Source of the DNA: Narcine bancroftii
Taxonomy: Eukaryota
Direction of reading: 5' to 3'
NCBI RefSeq assembly: GCF_036971445.1
Contig: NC_091481.1
Coordinates: 64,232,001-64,296,000 of the forward strand
DNA: 64,000 nucleotides
The translations under genes and the position numbers were made by a program. Below the pieces are notes generated by a model, which ran no database searches, was not told where the DNA came from, and worked only from the letters and a program-made list of their open reading frames with translations. Below, in pieces: positions 37,165-49,035 of the stretch (its first letter is position 1; every line of letters starts with the position of its first letter).

Positions 37165-39528
37165 GACCTGGAATCCCATCAGATCTCTTCCTTCTACATT
37201 TCTGCTGGTACTGCCTGTGGGTGGAAAAGTCTTGCAATATGGAGATGGGAGAAAGTTCTGGACTGTGTTACAAGAATCACAAAACTAGACTGGGTGGTTG
37301 AGTGGGTGTTGAAGTGGGGATGGGGGGGGAGGGAGGCCTGGAAATCTTTGGTGGGGGGTAATTCCTGGCCTGCCTTCTTCCAGGATTTCAGAGAACCAGC
37401 AAACCCTTGGATGTTCTCCAGCACGGTTGCTTCCTTCTGAATATTGATCAATGGAGATGGAACACTATTTCCACTGATCCAGTCTTCTACTGAACATTTT
37501 GCCCGCGTTACCTGGTGCAGGGCCACTCACCTGCGCACTTGCACAGTGGTAGAGATGGATCGTGTCCAAGAATACTCTGCCTAAATCCTCTCTCGTGGAT
37601 CTTCTGTCCTGGACCAGGATGGCAGGAGAGTGAGGGGACTTTATCATCTGAATTCTTTCTCCATTTCCAATGATGCTTTGGAAGGGGAAGATGTGGGGGT
37701 GGGATAGACAGTGGTGAAACTGGAGGAGAGGTCGACCCACCATGCTTCTATTGTGATAGCAGGCAGATGAGGGAAAAGGGTGGCTTGTCACAACCACCTG
37801 TGTGAGGGAGCAGGGCAGGGTTGCTAACAGCAGGAGTCTTTGTATTCATACCTTGCTAACCATACAACCTCAGCACATAAGCAGCCCCTTCTACTCTGTG
37901 CTGATGCATTTTTCTGCCCAGTCCCACTGACCTGCACCCAGTTTGTAGCCCTTCATACCCCTCCCATCCACATGGATGGGAATTATCATTATTATTAGAA
38001 TTAAGGCTGCATTCACCACTTTAACTGTGAAGTTCCCCTTAAACTTTTCCCCTTTCACCCTTAACCCACGTTCTCTGGATTGTATCTCACCCACCCTTAG
38101 TGGAAAAAGCCCTCCTACATTTACTCTGTCTAAACCCCTCATAATTTTAAGAGCCTCTATCAAATCTTCTATTCTCCAGGGAATCAAGTCCTAATCTGTT
38201 TAACTCGGTTCCTGAATTCTGGGCAATATCTCTGCACTCTTTCAATCTTATTGATATCTTGAAAGTCCTGGTGACTTCTTCCCAACTCTTGGTCTTCTCC
38301 AACCCCTCTTGCCTGTCCATCTCTGTAATAGACTCTGTCCTTGGTTCCCTAGAACTGTTCATGAGCTGGAAACGAGCAAAAGCTTCGCATGGAAGAGGAT
38401 CTCAGAAACGGTTGTGATGGGAGGGCGAGGGAGGAGTGAGTCTGTGCTGTGCTCCCAGCTCTCTCCCTCTCCTTGTCTGCTCTCCTCGACACAGCTCCTG
38501 ACTGTAACCTACGTGTGGTCTGGGTCAGATATTCCTGAGACAGGAACCTTGTTGTTCTTCACCCCCCCCACCCCATTTAATGTCATCGAGTGTCCACGGG
38601 TCTGATCGTCCTTATGTCCTCTTTCTCAGTCTCCTGCTTACAATCTGCTCCCTGAGACCAATCCAAAGCAGTCATTGCAGATTGTGGGATCTTGCTGTGT
38701 ACATTCTCCCTACCACACTTTGTATGGCAATGACCACAGTTCAAAATATGCATCCTTGGCTTCACCTGGAAATCCGCACCTACCTTTCCTCTGAACATTT
38801 TTGGTTCGCCCGAAGATTAACTTTTGGGTGAAAGGGCAGCTCACTCCCCATGGCTGTTGGTTCTGCACCTGAGAGCTCACCCTGGGTGATCGACCACCAA
38901 GTGCCAAACGCATGAAGCCAATGTACCAATGGAAGCAAGTTTATCCAACCTTCCAGTTGGTTGACAGAGTTGCTGAAGGAACTCAGCAGGTCACATGACA
39001 TCCACAGGCCCAAATGGTCCAATGACGTTTTGGGTCGAAGGTTGTTTAAAATTAAATGAACTTGTACATCACGATAACAGGCCCTCGAGCCCGTCGTGCC
39101 CAATTACACCCAAATTAACCTACAACCCTGGTACTTTTTTAAAAGGTGGGAGGAAACGGGAGCATCCAGAGGAAACCCACGAAGACACGGGGAGAACTTA
39201 TAAACTCCCTACAGACAGCACCGATTCGAACATTGGGCTAACCGTGCCGCCCTTCCAGTTGGGGAAGCTGATTCTATTGGCCAGTTTTGAGCCCACCCAG
39301 ATTTATTTTGTATATAATACTCCACAGATGAATTTTCCTTAATTTGGAGTTGAGGAGGGAGTTGCCAGTGTTAGTCAGGCAGGCGAGGAAATGGATTGGC
39401 AGGGTGAGGGAAAGAAGGGGCGATGGTTAAAACTTTCTAACAAGGCCCAGAAAGGGATAACCAAAATTACTGTGCCTTGCCTGTTAATATTTTACATAGA
39501 TTAAATAATTGTACAATAACTTCTTTGT

Positions 39529-39580
39529 AATAAACTGGCTTGTAGCTTGAGTTCTTTTGTTTAGTAAACTCAGTAATAAA
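39529..39580 (+). terminator. Candidate PRRG2 polyA signals
   Basis: Two AATAAA (39529, 39575) in an AT-rich stretch about 2.4 kb after the stop. Confidence 0.5.
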
Positions 39581-42185
39581 TATTCACAAGGCAGGCTATA
39601 GGTTCACTTGAATGATATACAAGAAAATTTCTCAGTGGGATCTAATTTTCTCATAGAACCATTGAACGTTACAGGCCCTTTGCCCCTTCTAGTCTATGCC
39701 AAACAATTTTTCTGCCTAGTCCGCCTGACCTTCACCCAGTCCATACCCCCTCCATCCATGTCCCTGTCTAAATTCTTCTTGAATATTAAAATTGAGCCTG
39801 CATTCACCACTTCACCTGGCAGCTCATTCCACACCCCCACCGCTCTCTGTGTGAAGAAGTTCTCCTTAAACCTTTCACTCTTAACCCGTGTCCTTTGGTT
39901 TGCATCTCACCTACCCATAGCTTGAGAATCCCTCTGAAGGGAATCACTGCACTTGCCTCAATATTTCACACTGCGGTGGATTTTGGCTGTTGTTTGTTTC
40001 TGGGACAAAGCCATCAACAAAAAACACTTGCCCTTACTGCCGCTACAAAGCGTTAGTCTGCAGATGCAAGAAGGCAAATGGGATGTTGACCGGCTTGGCT
40101 GGAGGGATTGAATTTAAGCAGAGATGTTTGGCTGTGCAGGAGACTGGTGGAGAACTGCATGCAGTTCTGGTCTCCTTCCTTTAGACAGTGCGGACACTGG
40201 GCAGCAGAGAAATGGGCCCTTCTTTCTGTGCTAGCTATCAAGCATCAACCTGCACATCATCTCTGGTGTCCCCAATTCTGCCACCCGCCCAGATGGTAGG
40301 CAATTTACCGTAGCCAACAAATTCGCCTTTGGAAACCCATGCGTTCACTGGGAGGTCATGCAAACTCTACATAGACAGCGGGCCCATTGCATTATAATAG
40401 CGTTAGGCTAACCGTACCGACCTTCCATATGGGGAAGTTGATTTTATGGGCCAGTTTTGAGGCCAGCGAGATTTATTTTGTACATACACTCCACAAATGA
40501 GTTTTTGTGCATTTGGAGTTGTGTCGCGGATGGGCTGCACGTCATTGCTGGTGAAGGTATTCATGTTCCCGCTCATTAGAGGTTACTGCAGAGTTGGTGT
40601 TCCATTTGTCCCTACCCTATCTCAGAGAAAGGTCAGAGTCCTGGAATGGCAAAGTGTCAAGGACTTGTGAACCCCATCCAGATTTCCCATGGTTAACCCA
40701 CTGCTGAGGCAGGTTACAGGTGTTGGCCCCAATCAGTGCCACACAAGGTTTTATAAGGTCGCTGCTGTCATAGCCATGAGACATTAAAATGGAGTCTGGT
40801 TCCCTGCCCTTGGGAGTACTTAAATCAATCCCCCGCACCATCAGAAAAAGGATTGTGTTGTCAACGATTCTCCCTCCGTACACTCTCTGACTAAATAAAT
40901 GACACAAATTCTCATGTCACTGATTAATCTTCAGTTTAGGTGATGGGACATGTTCAAGTTGAATGTGTTTGCCAACTGGGTAAAATCTCTCCAGAAGCAG
41001 GACAGGTTGATGGCATAGATCAGATGTAAATAGGTCCAAGCTTCATGTTGGGACGGAAACAGTCAACTGTTCCAGCTGATGTGAAGCATTCCACGGCACA
41101 ATTTTGAAGAGTATGTTCTCTCTCGAGCCCCAGGAACTGTTCACCTCTCAAAAAAAAACCATTGGTCAAGCAAGTCAACATTCAGGACAGAAAAAGACTC
41201 CAGTGTTGTTAAATCAGCCTGCAACATCACAGACTTCATCAAGGACATCTCAAGATTTAATTTATTGTTATTGTAATAAAAGTGTCATATTAAAAGAAAT
41301 TGCTCTGCCTGCTCTAAGGCAGATAGATTTTACACCACCAGAAATTGCTGAAAATCTCCTACAGTCAGAAAGTCCTCAGAATCACCAAGTGTCTGTAGAT
41401 TTGCCTCCAGCTCTTCTGCAGCCTCTGCAACCACCCAGAGTCCAGTCCAAACCTGAGCTCCAGATCATTACCTCCAATGTGGTGTTGGACCCCTCAGCAC
41501 CTTTGGCGCACCCCCTCGCATCCCGGTTCTGATACCTGGATACCCTTTCAGCCAGTTTTGAGTTATGTTCCAGCAGTCCACAGCCCGGCACGAGCCCCCC
41601 GATGGCAGCCCCCAGCCTCTGTGGGCTCCACGCATTGAGTTGCCAGCAGCCCGCCACTTGGCTGGGTCTTTCAGCCGCAGAGCCCTCTCGCTGTGGTCAC
41701 TGCCCCATTGGGTTATCTCCTCCGCTTCCCTTTCTCAGACAGGAGATGGTCTCGCCGTTTTCTGGTACCCTGCGCCGGTCCTCTGTTCCCCTGGAGTCAG
41801 CAACCCATCGTGGCCGCTGCCAATTATAGGAGTTGCGATCTTGAGCTCAGACCCTGTGGTCATGGGATTTTAAATAAGACACTGTCGGCTCCTTTAACGG
41901 GCTGTTCAAAGCTTGAGCAGTCGACTTGGTAGTTAGACTCCACTGGAGAACTGTTTCTCCACTCGCCGTTACCGCAGCCCCAGCAGGGACACCATCTACA
42001 AAAGGCGGCATCTTAAGAAAGTAGCCTCTGTCCTCAGGGACCCCTCCCCCACCCCAGCCATGTCCTCTTCACTCTGCTACCATCAGGAAAAAGGTACTGG
42101 AGACTGAAGACGAGCACTCTGCGGCACAAGGACAGCTTCTTCCCCTCCGCCATCAGATTCCTGAATGAACACTGCTGAACTCTAA

Positions 42186-42365
42186 TAGCCTGAACACACC
42201 TGGAACTGTCTGATCTCGGAAGCTAAGCAGGCTCAGGCCTGGCCAGTACCTGGAGGGGAGACCAACTATGATCACCAGGTGCAGTAAGTTTCAGTGAGGG
42301 GCGCTGGACAAAATGGCAACTCTCTGCCTTATGGTAGACAAAAGTTAATTTCATGAATGTTACGA
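42186..42365 (+). mobile_element. 5S rRNA-derived pseudogene / SINE3-type element
   Basis: 42186-42291 (tagcctgaacacacc...gtctgatctcggaagctaagcaggctcaggcctggccagtacctggaggggagacc...caccaggtgcagtaagttt) aligns with vertebrate 5S rRNA. It is 5'-truncated, has many substitutions and is followed by a non-5S tail. Confidence 0.8.
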
Positions 42366-43913
42366 GTATTTTCATTTATTTTGTAAGGTGGTTTATATAA
42401 ATGTCTGCCCTGTGACACTGCCACAAAACAACAAATTTCGTGACGTGTTCAGACAATAAATTTTGGTCCTGGAAACAGTTGGGGAGTTGGAATTAATGAA
42501 AGTGTGGCTATAATCCAGAACTCTGTCTGCAAGAGTGACAATAAACTCTGATTCTGTTTGCTGGCCGTGATCTTTGCTAGTTGATTGTGGGACCGGGTCG
42601 TGCCCTGACTGGCTGCCACCGCAACTTGTGGCGAGACCAGGAGTACCTCAGGGGCTCGGGGACAGCTGAAGAAAGGCACCCCAGCACTGCCAGGCAACAT
42701 CCTCTCTGTGAGGTTACGAGGCAGACTCCCAGAGTTTTAAATGGCCGGGGACTATCCTCCGGGGAAACAGTTCCAAAAGTACTCGGAAAATTCCTCTCTG
42801 AACTTCCCTTCCCCATAGGTATTCCAAAAAAAAAAATTGGGAAGCTCAGGGATTTTTTTTTGGAAGTCATTACCCACAAAGAAATTTGATAAAAGTTATC
42901 AAAGGCTTTGTTTATTTTAAATAACAGGCCCAAATATACCCATGTGACCAGTTAATCTTCAACCTCCTGGGCGTCCAGAATGTGGGAGGAAAGTGGAGCA
43001 CCCAGAGGCGACCCACGGGGACAACGCACATCTCCTTACAGATGAGATGGTGGCGATCTTGCACCTGGTTTGCTGGCGTTAAAAATAGCATTGTGCTAAC
43101 CGTGCTGTCATTTTTGAGGGAGTGAACGGTGAGGTGACAGGACCAAGACCAAGGAAATTATGAATAATCTTTACAAACTGGGCCATGTTTCTGGATGCCA
43201 CAATTCAGGAAGAACTTGGAGCGGGTGCAGAAGAGATTTACTGAAATGATTCCGGGGTGAAGTCTGTAAACAAAAGAAGATGGCATTAATGCAGCAAAAA
43301 CTCCAGCAATATCAGAACATTATAAATTAAAATCAGTGAAATAAGTTAAGTTCATTGTCATCTCATTGTACAAGTGCAACCCAATGAAACATCCTTCTCA
43401 GATCCTCGGTACAAAACATGCAGACACACAATCAGACATAACACACTTACTGATACATGCAAGACAAGTATTCATATATACAAATAAATAAATAGGTAAT
43501 TTTTCATGAAATTGAGAGTCAAGGATGGTCAGTGTGAGCAGTTCCTTTGCCCAGGGAAGAAGCTGTTCCTCAGCCTGGTGGTGCTGGCTCAGATACTCCT
43601 GTATCTCTTCCCCAACAGGAGCAGCTGAAAGATGCTGTGTGCAGGGAAGAAGGGTCTTGAATGATTTTGCGTGCCCTCTTCAAACAATGATCCCGGTAGA
43701 TCATGTCAATGGAAGGGAGGGAGACTCCAGTGATCCTCTCTGGTCCTGCGGATTGGCCTCCAATCCATTTCTCTGCAGTAGCTGTGATGTAGCCTGGCCA
43801 GGACGCTCTCAACAGAACTCCTGTGGAAGGTTGACATAATGGTGGCCAGTAGCCTTGCCCGCTTTGGTCTTCTCAGGAAGTCCAGTTGCCGTTGAGCCTT
43901 CCTGACAAGTGAG

Positions 43914-44127
43914 AATCAAAGGCTTGTTGATCCAAACCAAGGCTTTTATTAACTAGAAGACTGGAGCATATCACATGTAGGTCGACCAGTCCAGAATGAT
44001 CTGGATCTGGATAGGAGCAACCCTTTAAGACCTACCAGTAGGCGTGGCTATGCTTTCAGTCAATCACCACCATCCTACACCATAATATATACATATACAC
44101 ATTGGTGATAGCATCTGTCCTATCACA
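43914..44127 (-). mobile_element. Second copy of the same solo LTR family
   Basis: The reverse complement matches 10294-10514 (ccaaggcttttattaac, agtaggcgtggcta, terminal cctatcaca); inserted in a Rex/L2-like LINE fragment. Confidence 0.8.
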
Positions 44128-46549
44128 GTGAGGAGATGTGAACTCCAAGGAACTTGGTACTCCCCACTGCAAAGTTGTTGATGTGTAGTGGAGGGCGGTC
44201 GTTCCTGGTCCCCCTGAAATCCAGGCTAATAATAAAAAAAATAAGATGAATTAGTGAAGGAAAAAGAAAAAACAAAACTATAAGACTTTAAGTGGCAGTA
44301 AGAACCCTGTGGTTGCGGTCAAATTTTCTCCTCTCTATAGAGATGAAGATACAGTTCAAAGTTGGCACTTCGATTCTCTAAGCGGTTACTGTTCCTTTGT
44401 AAAAGATTTTTATTGCTTTTAACATAATAATCCTACATACAAAGTCTACTAATACAACAAAAAGCAGGTCCTATCATATACATATTACAAATCGATATAA
44501 ATGTAATTTTAAAAATTCCATCCATATTTGTTCATTTAACATTATTTCTTAAAAATAATTCTGGATAGAAAACCAATTGGTCAACCAACCCTTGGTCAAA
44601 ACACAGATGTGAGTGGAAAAAGGTTGAAAACCATTGTTTTAATCGTCCCTAATTGACTCATTATGTGCACGGTTTCAGAACTCCAAGGGAAATGGGCCAA
44701 TGACAATTTTTCTCAAGCAAAATATCTCAGTAACAACTGGGTCCAGAGTGGTGATTCTCAACCTTCCCTTCCCACCCACAGACCACCTTAAGCAATCCCT
44801 TACTAATCACAGAGCACCCAATGGCATAGGGAATACTTAATGTGGTATGTGAGTGGAAAGGAAAAGGTTGGAAAAACACTGTGTTAGAGGTACCATTTTT
44901 CTGAAAATGCAATAAACCAGAGGTGCAATGGTTTAAACTATATCTTTCAAGGGGCTTTAAGCTGAAGCTCACTTTCTTCCTCCATAGACACTGGGTGACA
45001 TTCTGAATGTTTGTCGCAATTTCTGGTTTTACTGAAGGCCTAAGATGCAAGTGGAAGTGGTCACATCGTTTTACGTGGGAACATTCGGAGAACAAGTTAA
45101 CATACTCAGGAGGCCATTCAGCCCACTTCACTGCCAGGTTTGCGAATAATGTAAGTATAGTTACCACATTTGAAAGCTTGGCCATTGACATAAGTTCATG
45201 GAGCTGTACTGTCGGGGGCTATGAGTAGGATATTTTCAGAATAAGAATCAACTTTATTGTCATGAACACGTCACGAAGTTCTTTGCTTTGTGGCAGCGTC
45301 ACAGTGCAAACTTTTCTATATTTGGGGCCACATGGTTGGTGGTTAGTGCCACGCCTTTACAGTACCAGCAGTCAGATCCTGCGCTTTCTGTAAGGAGTTT
45401 GTTCTCGTGTCTGCATGGGTGTCCTACAGGGGCTCTGGTTTTCTCCCACATACTGGGGGTTGTAGTTTAATTGGGTGTAAATTGGACAGCACGGATTCAT
45501 GGACTGAAAGGGCCTGTTACGGTGCTGTATGTTTAAATTTAAAAAAATTAAATTTAAACATTTAATAAAGTACACTTCAAAATAAATAAAAATAGTGTAA
45601 GAAAAAGACCAAGTGAGGCAGTGTCTGTGGTTCATTGATCATTCAGGAATCTGATGGCAGCGGCGAAGAAGCTGCCCTTGTGCCGCTGAGTGCTCACCTC
45701 CAGGCTCCTGTACCATTTTCCCAATGGTAGCAGAGTGAAGAGGGAAGGGCCTGGGTGGTGGTGGGTGGGGGGAGGGAAGGGGGTGTCCTTGAAGATAGAG
45801 GCTCCTTTCTTAAGACAACACCTCTTGTAGACGTCCTCGGTGGAGTGAGGACTGGTGCCCATGATGTCGCAGGCTGAATTAACAAGCCTCTGGATTTTTT
45901 TTCCCCCCTGCTCTGGGATTGGCACCTCTGTACCAGACAGAGACGCAACCAGCCAAACCACTCTCCACACGGCACACCCGTAAAAATCTTTGGTGACGTA
46001 CTGAATCTCCTCACAAAATACAGTTGACGGTGAGCCTTCCTCTCGATGGCGTCGACACGGAGGCTCCGGGGCGGATCCCCGGACCTCCAGGAATTTGAAG
46101 TTCTCGTCCTTCTCCACCACTGAGCCCTGGATAAGATCCCCCCCCCCACCCCCCTCCACCCCCCTCCAATGTGTCCAAGCTGAGACTCCCACCCACCCAC
46201 CCAGGTTTCCCATATCCCCCACTCAACCCTTGAAAGTGGGGGGGGGGGCACCTGCCCAAGTGCCAACCTACTCCGTGCCCTTCGACCCTGCGGCGAATCT
46301 CCCCAACCCTGGGCTTTGACCCTTGCAATATATTTCCAGATTACAAACAAAATATAGGATTGCTTTTGGAGAAGATGGGGGGGTTGGGGGGGGGGGGTGG
46401 TATGTATCTCTGTGGAGGTTCCAAAGCAATCCTTTTCACACAATCTCTGCCGGCCTGCTCCCTTGGAACAAGCTCTCCATTGTCCTGCCCTCTAATGAAG
46501 GCACCTATTTATCTACTCCCTCTGCGGGGGTCTCTGTGCCCCCTTTTGT

Positions 46550-46994
46550 GTGTCCGTTCCTCGGTCTCGCAGAGTACTTACAGGCTGCTTCCCTCTCACT
46601 GGTGTGTGCTCTCAGACATCTGATCTCTCTTCTGCTCCCTCCCTCTCTCTCTGAAATGTATTCTGGGTATTGAGATCACAGACAGGCAAAGAGAGAGAGA
46701 GAGAGAGAGGGAGGGAGAGAGAGAGGCGAAACATGGCCGCATCGTAAGTCCCCCTGCAAGGAATCTTTTAAAAAAATATTGATATGCACGTTGCATTTTT
46801 TCTCTAAACCAAGAGCGGAGGGAGAAAGAGACAAGTGAGCACATCAAGAATTATTGACCATTAGGTTAAATGAAACCTTTCCAGCGGCTCAGTGCAACCC
46901 AGGACGCTTGTAGATAAGAGAGAGAGAGAGAAAAAACCCCGGGCTTAACAATTTAAACAGAGGAAAACAACCCTCCATCGCAAAGTGAAATTTA
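46550..46994 (+). promoter_or_regulatory. PRR12 promoter / 5' UTR region
   Basis: TE-free, relatively CpG-rich, GA/CT tracts and a YY1-like AACATGGCCGC at 46730-46740, immediately upstream of the PRR12 ATG. Confidence 0.6.
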
Positions 46995-47089
46995 ATGGAT
47001 AGGAATTATCCCGCGTCCAGTTTCGGAGATCCTTTGGGCACGGGGCAAGGATGGAGCTACGACAGAGCCACATCAGGAGTAAAAGCCAG
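46995..47089 (+). CDS. PRR12: PRR12 (proline-rich 12) first coding exon
   Basis: [31 protein letters not shown](S)|gtaaaa closely matches the recalled human N-terminus [29 protein letters not shown], and it lies downstream of PRRG2 as in human. Too short for the ORF track. Exon 2 (expected SLVYGSSR...) was not found before 64000. Confidence 0.93.
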
Positions 47090-48544
47090 GTAAAAAAAAA
47101 AATAATTAAAAAAAAGCCTTCCTCAAACCCCCCCCCCCCTTCCCCAGTGGATATAAAAGGAGCCGGCGATTCGATTCGCAAAGTCGTTGTTTGCTACAAT
47201 GTAACGAATTGCAAAGTTAAACATGCGATCGAGAAGGTGGGGGGGGGGGGTTGTTCTTGTTTAGATAAAAAGGGATCGAATAAAGGGCCTTTAATAGGAA
47301 GGGGGGGGGGAGCGAGGGAAATTGTAACAAATGTGCGATACAATGTAACGCCTGTAAGCGGCCGGCAACGATGAAAGGCGAGGGAAATTGTATGTTATTG
47401 GTAAAGCTCCAGGCCCCTGTTTCTCTGCACATTCCCAACCCCTTCCTAATCTGTTTGGTGCTGCGATTAACCTCCCCACCTCCCTCCTTTTCTTGTCTCC
47501 TACCCCTCTTCCCCAAAAAAAAGACCCCCCCCCCTCCTCCTCCTCCCCTCTCTTCGTTTTAAAACCTCCTCCACTATCTCTGACTAGGCCTCACTGCAAT
47601 ATCTGTCTGTCTTGGGAAGTGCGTTCCTTCTTCCTCCCGCTCGCCTGCCAATTATAGAGGCACAGGAGCATTTTGGGTTCAAATGTTGTGTGTTACACAT
47701 TCAGCAGACTTGGGGGGGGTCCTGTCCTCCCATCACCGAAATCCAGTGTTTACCTGGGCCAGATTTAGTTTGATGTTCAGGCCACATTGCTGATCCTCAA
47801 CTCTCATGAAAGACGTGAGTTGGATTATTTTTGTTTTGTCCCAGAGTTTGGAGTTCTTTGTTGATTTTTTTTCTCTCTCTTCCCCCCCCCCCCCCACCCT
47901 CACCCATATCCCCCCCCCCCCCCCCATGTGCTTTTGTGGGAAGAATTCTGGCCTTGTAAGTTATTTCTAGATTTGGTCAGCTTATGACTCCCAGATACAG
48001 GGGATCCAACCTGCCTCTGAAGGTTTCAAGCAGGTCCTTTTTTTTCCCTCTCTCTCTGAGGGTTGAGGGATAGTCTTGAGTCACTTTCAGGTGGCCACAA
48101 TACCTGGCTGTAAAGCAGCCTTTGTACTCCTATGCGGCTGTCGGGTGGCCACCTGAAGTGGAGAACCCGGTTTACCTATCTAACCCCGTAAGTATAATAT
48201 CCTGCTCCAAGAATCCTCCATTGCACCTGAAAGCAGCTTGGAGAGGAAGATGGGGTGATTTTTTTCAACAGGGAATGCAAGTCAGGCAGTGCCTGTGGAG
48301 AGGGGAAACAGTTAATATTTCGGGTCTAAGAGCTAAGCGGGGAATGCTGGAGAAACCAGGGGGTCGGCAGCAAGAGTTGACGTTTCCGATTGGAGGCCCG
48401 CTCTGATGAGGGATCTCCAACCTGAGATGCTCCTCTCTCCGGAGATGCTGTCCGACCCGGTGGGTATTCCGCAGTGACTCCTGCTTTTATTTCGGCTCTC
48501 CTGCGCCTGTGGTGCTTTTGACCTGAGACTGTGGTGTGAGGAAG

Positions 48545-49035
48545 TACTGGCATCACTAGATGACACTGTCAAGGGGGGAGGGGGTAGGGATGAGAGACAC
48601 CAAAATGACTGTCTATAAAATTTTTGTGCAATGTTTTATAAAAATATCCCTGTCGTTAGCTACAATGACAAAAAAAATTTCCGTAAGCCCAGCTGACACA
48701 TATCAATATCCCGACGAGGCTAAAACTCGATGTTCATTTACTTTTTGAACCTTCTAATGTGCCACAGTCAGAGGCATTGACGATGATGCTTCAAATCACG
48801 TGGCTTCGTCCGTGCGTGCGCTACCAGCACGTGCTGTTGTTTTTGTTATTGCTGGTGTTTTTTTTACAGTCGCTGCTTTTGTCAAATTTTCTGGTGTTTT
48901 AGCTACAATGTTGTGGTCTTTAGTATTTGTGATTTGCGAGTAACATTACTAAGGATCTTGTCTGGTCTGGAACAGGAAGAGATCCATTGGGATGGGGCGG
49001 GCGGGCAGGTGACACCAACCCTAGTGTCGCCTTTG
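48545..49035 (-). mobile_element. hAT family copy (same family as 35256)
   Basis: Shares the internal core in reverse orientation (ttccgtaagcccagctgaca, cattactaaggat) and the gtgacacc/ctagtg ends. Confidence 0.8.

Noticed and set aside
42186-42291. Functional 5S rRNA gene
   Set aside because: 5'-truncated, many substitutions, single copy inside a LINE tail.
45632-46443. 196- and 249-aa minus-strand ORFs
   Set aside because: Decayed Rex/L2-like LINE plus G-rich low-complexity sequence.
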